A stretch of 37,481 nt of DNA from Candidatus Zapsychrus exili. GTDB taxonomy: Bacteria > Omnitrophota > Gorgyraeia > Zapsychrales > Zapsychraceae. Below, in pieces: positions 37,323 to 37,481 of this stretch. Made by a program: the position numbers and the translations under genes. The stretch lies in NCBI GenBank assembly GCA_030765585.1, contig JAVCCJ010000075.1:1-37481 (forward strand). Direction: 5' to 3'. Positions within the stretch are counted from its first letter, which is position 1. Every line of letters begins with the position of its first letter. The notes under the pieces were generated by a model. That model was not told the origin of the DNA. It saw only the letters and a list, made by a program, of their open reading frames with translations, and searched no databases.

Positions 37323-37396
37323 GGCCCCATCGTCTAGCCTGGTCAGGACATATGGTTCTCAGCCATAAAACACCGGTTCAAATCCGGTTGGGGCTA
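37323..37396 (+). tRNA. tRNA-Glu(CTC)
   Basis: Acceptor stem GGCCCCA/TGGGGCT; anticodon arm TATGG-TTCTCAG-CCATA; GGTTCAAATCC; CCA not encoded. Confidence 0.95.
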
Positions 37397-37481
37397 TTTA
37401 ATAATAAAATTCCTATCTAGAAAATGTTTAAATATATAAAAGAGAAATTCCTTTCCTTTAGAATACCCGTAATGATGTTCA

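Noticed and set aside
32194..37396. Segment between two tRNAs as an integrated island
   Set aside because: No integrase and no duplicated tRNA 3' end seen; it contains housekeeping rpe and has similar base composition.

Overview
Low-GC bacterial chromosome segment from a probable anaerobe. Gene content and the secreted/pilin-like proteins hint at Omnitrophota or a similar lineage (inference only). The core is a ~24 kb glutamine/glutamate hub: type III glnA, nadE, gltBD, thyX, nfnAB-like, gdhA, carAB, purF and pyrG. It is preceded by a HAD/GH65 sugar-phosphorylase pair, a stand-alone BioD-like/DRTGG protein and a GAF-GAF-ANTAR RNA-binding regulator. The right end holds tRNA-Leu, rpe, a small pilin-like gene, a minus-strand FIST/histidine kinase/REC-GGDEF operon and tRNA-Glu. 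The most striking signal is in the glnA upstream region (7361-7634). A sigma70 promoter there is followed by three stacked intrinsic terminators, each overlapped by hexaloop hairpins of ANTAR-target type. A further ANTAR-like hairpin pair plus terminator precedes nfnAB-gdhA. This suggests a one-component ANTAR antitermination regulon for nitrogen assimilation, or an ANTAR-sponge sRNA. purF is frameshifted at a T6 run that separates it from its catalytic N-terminal Cys.
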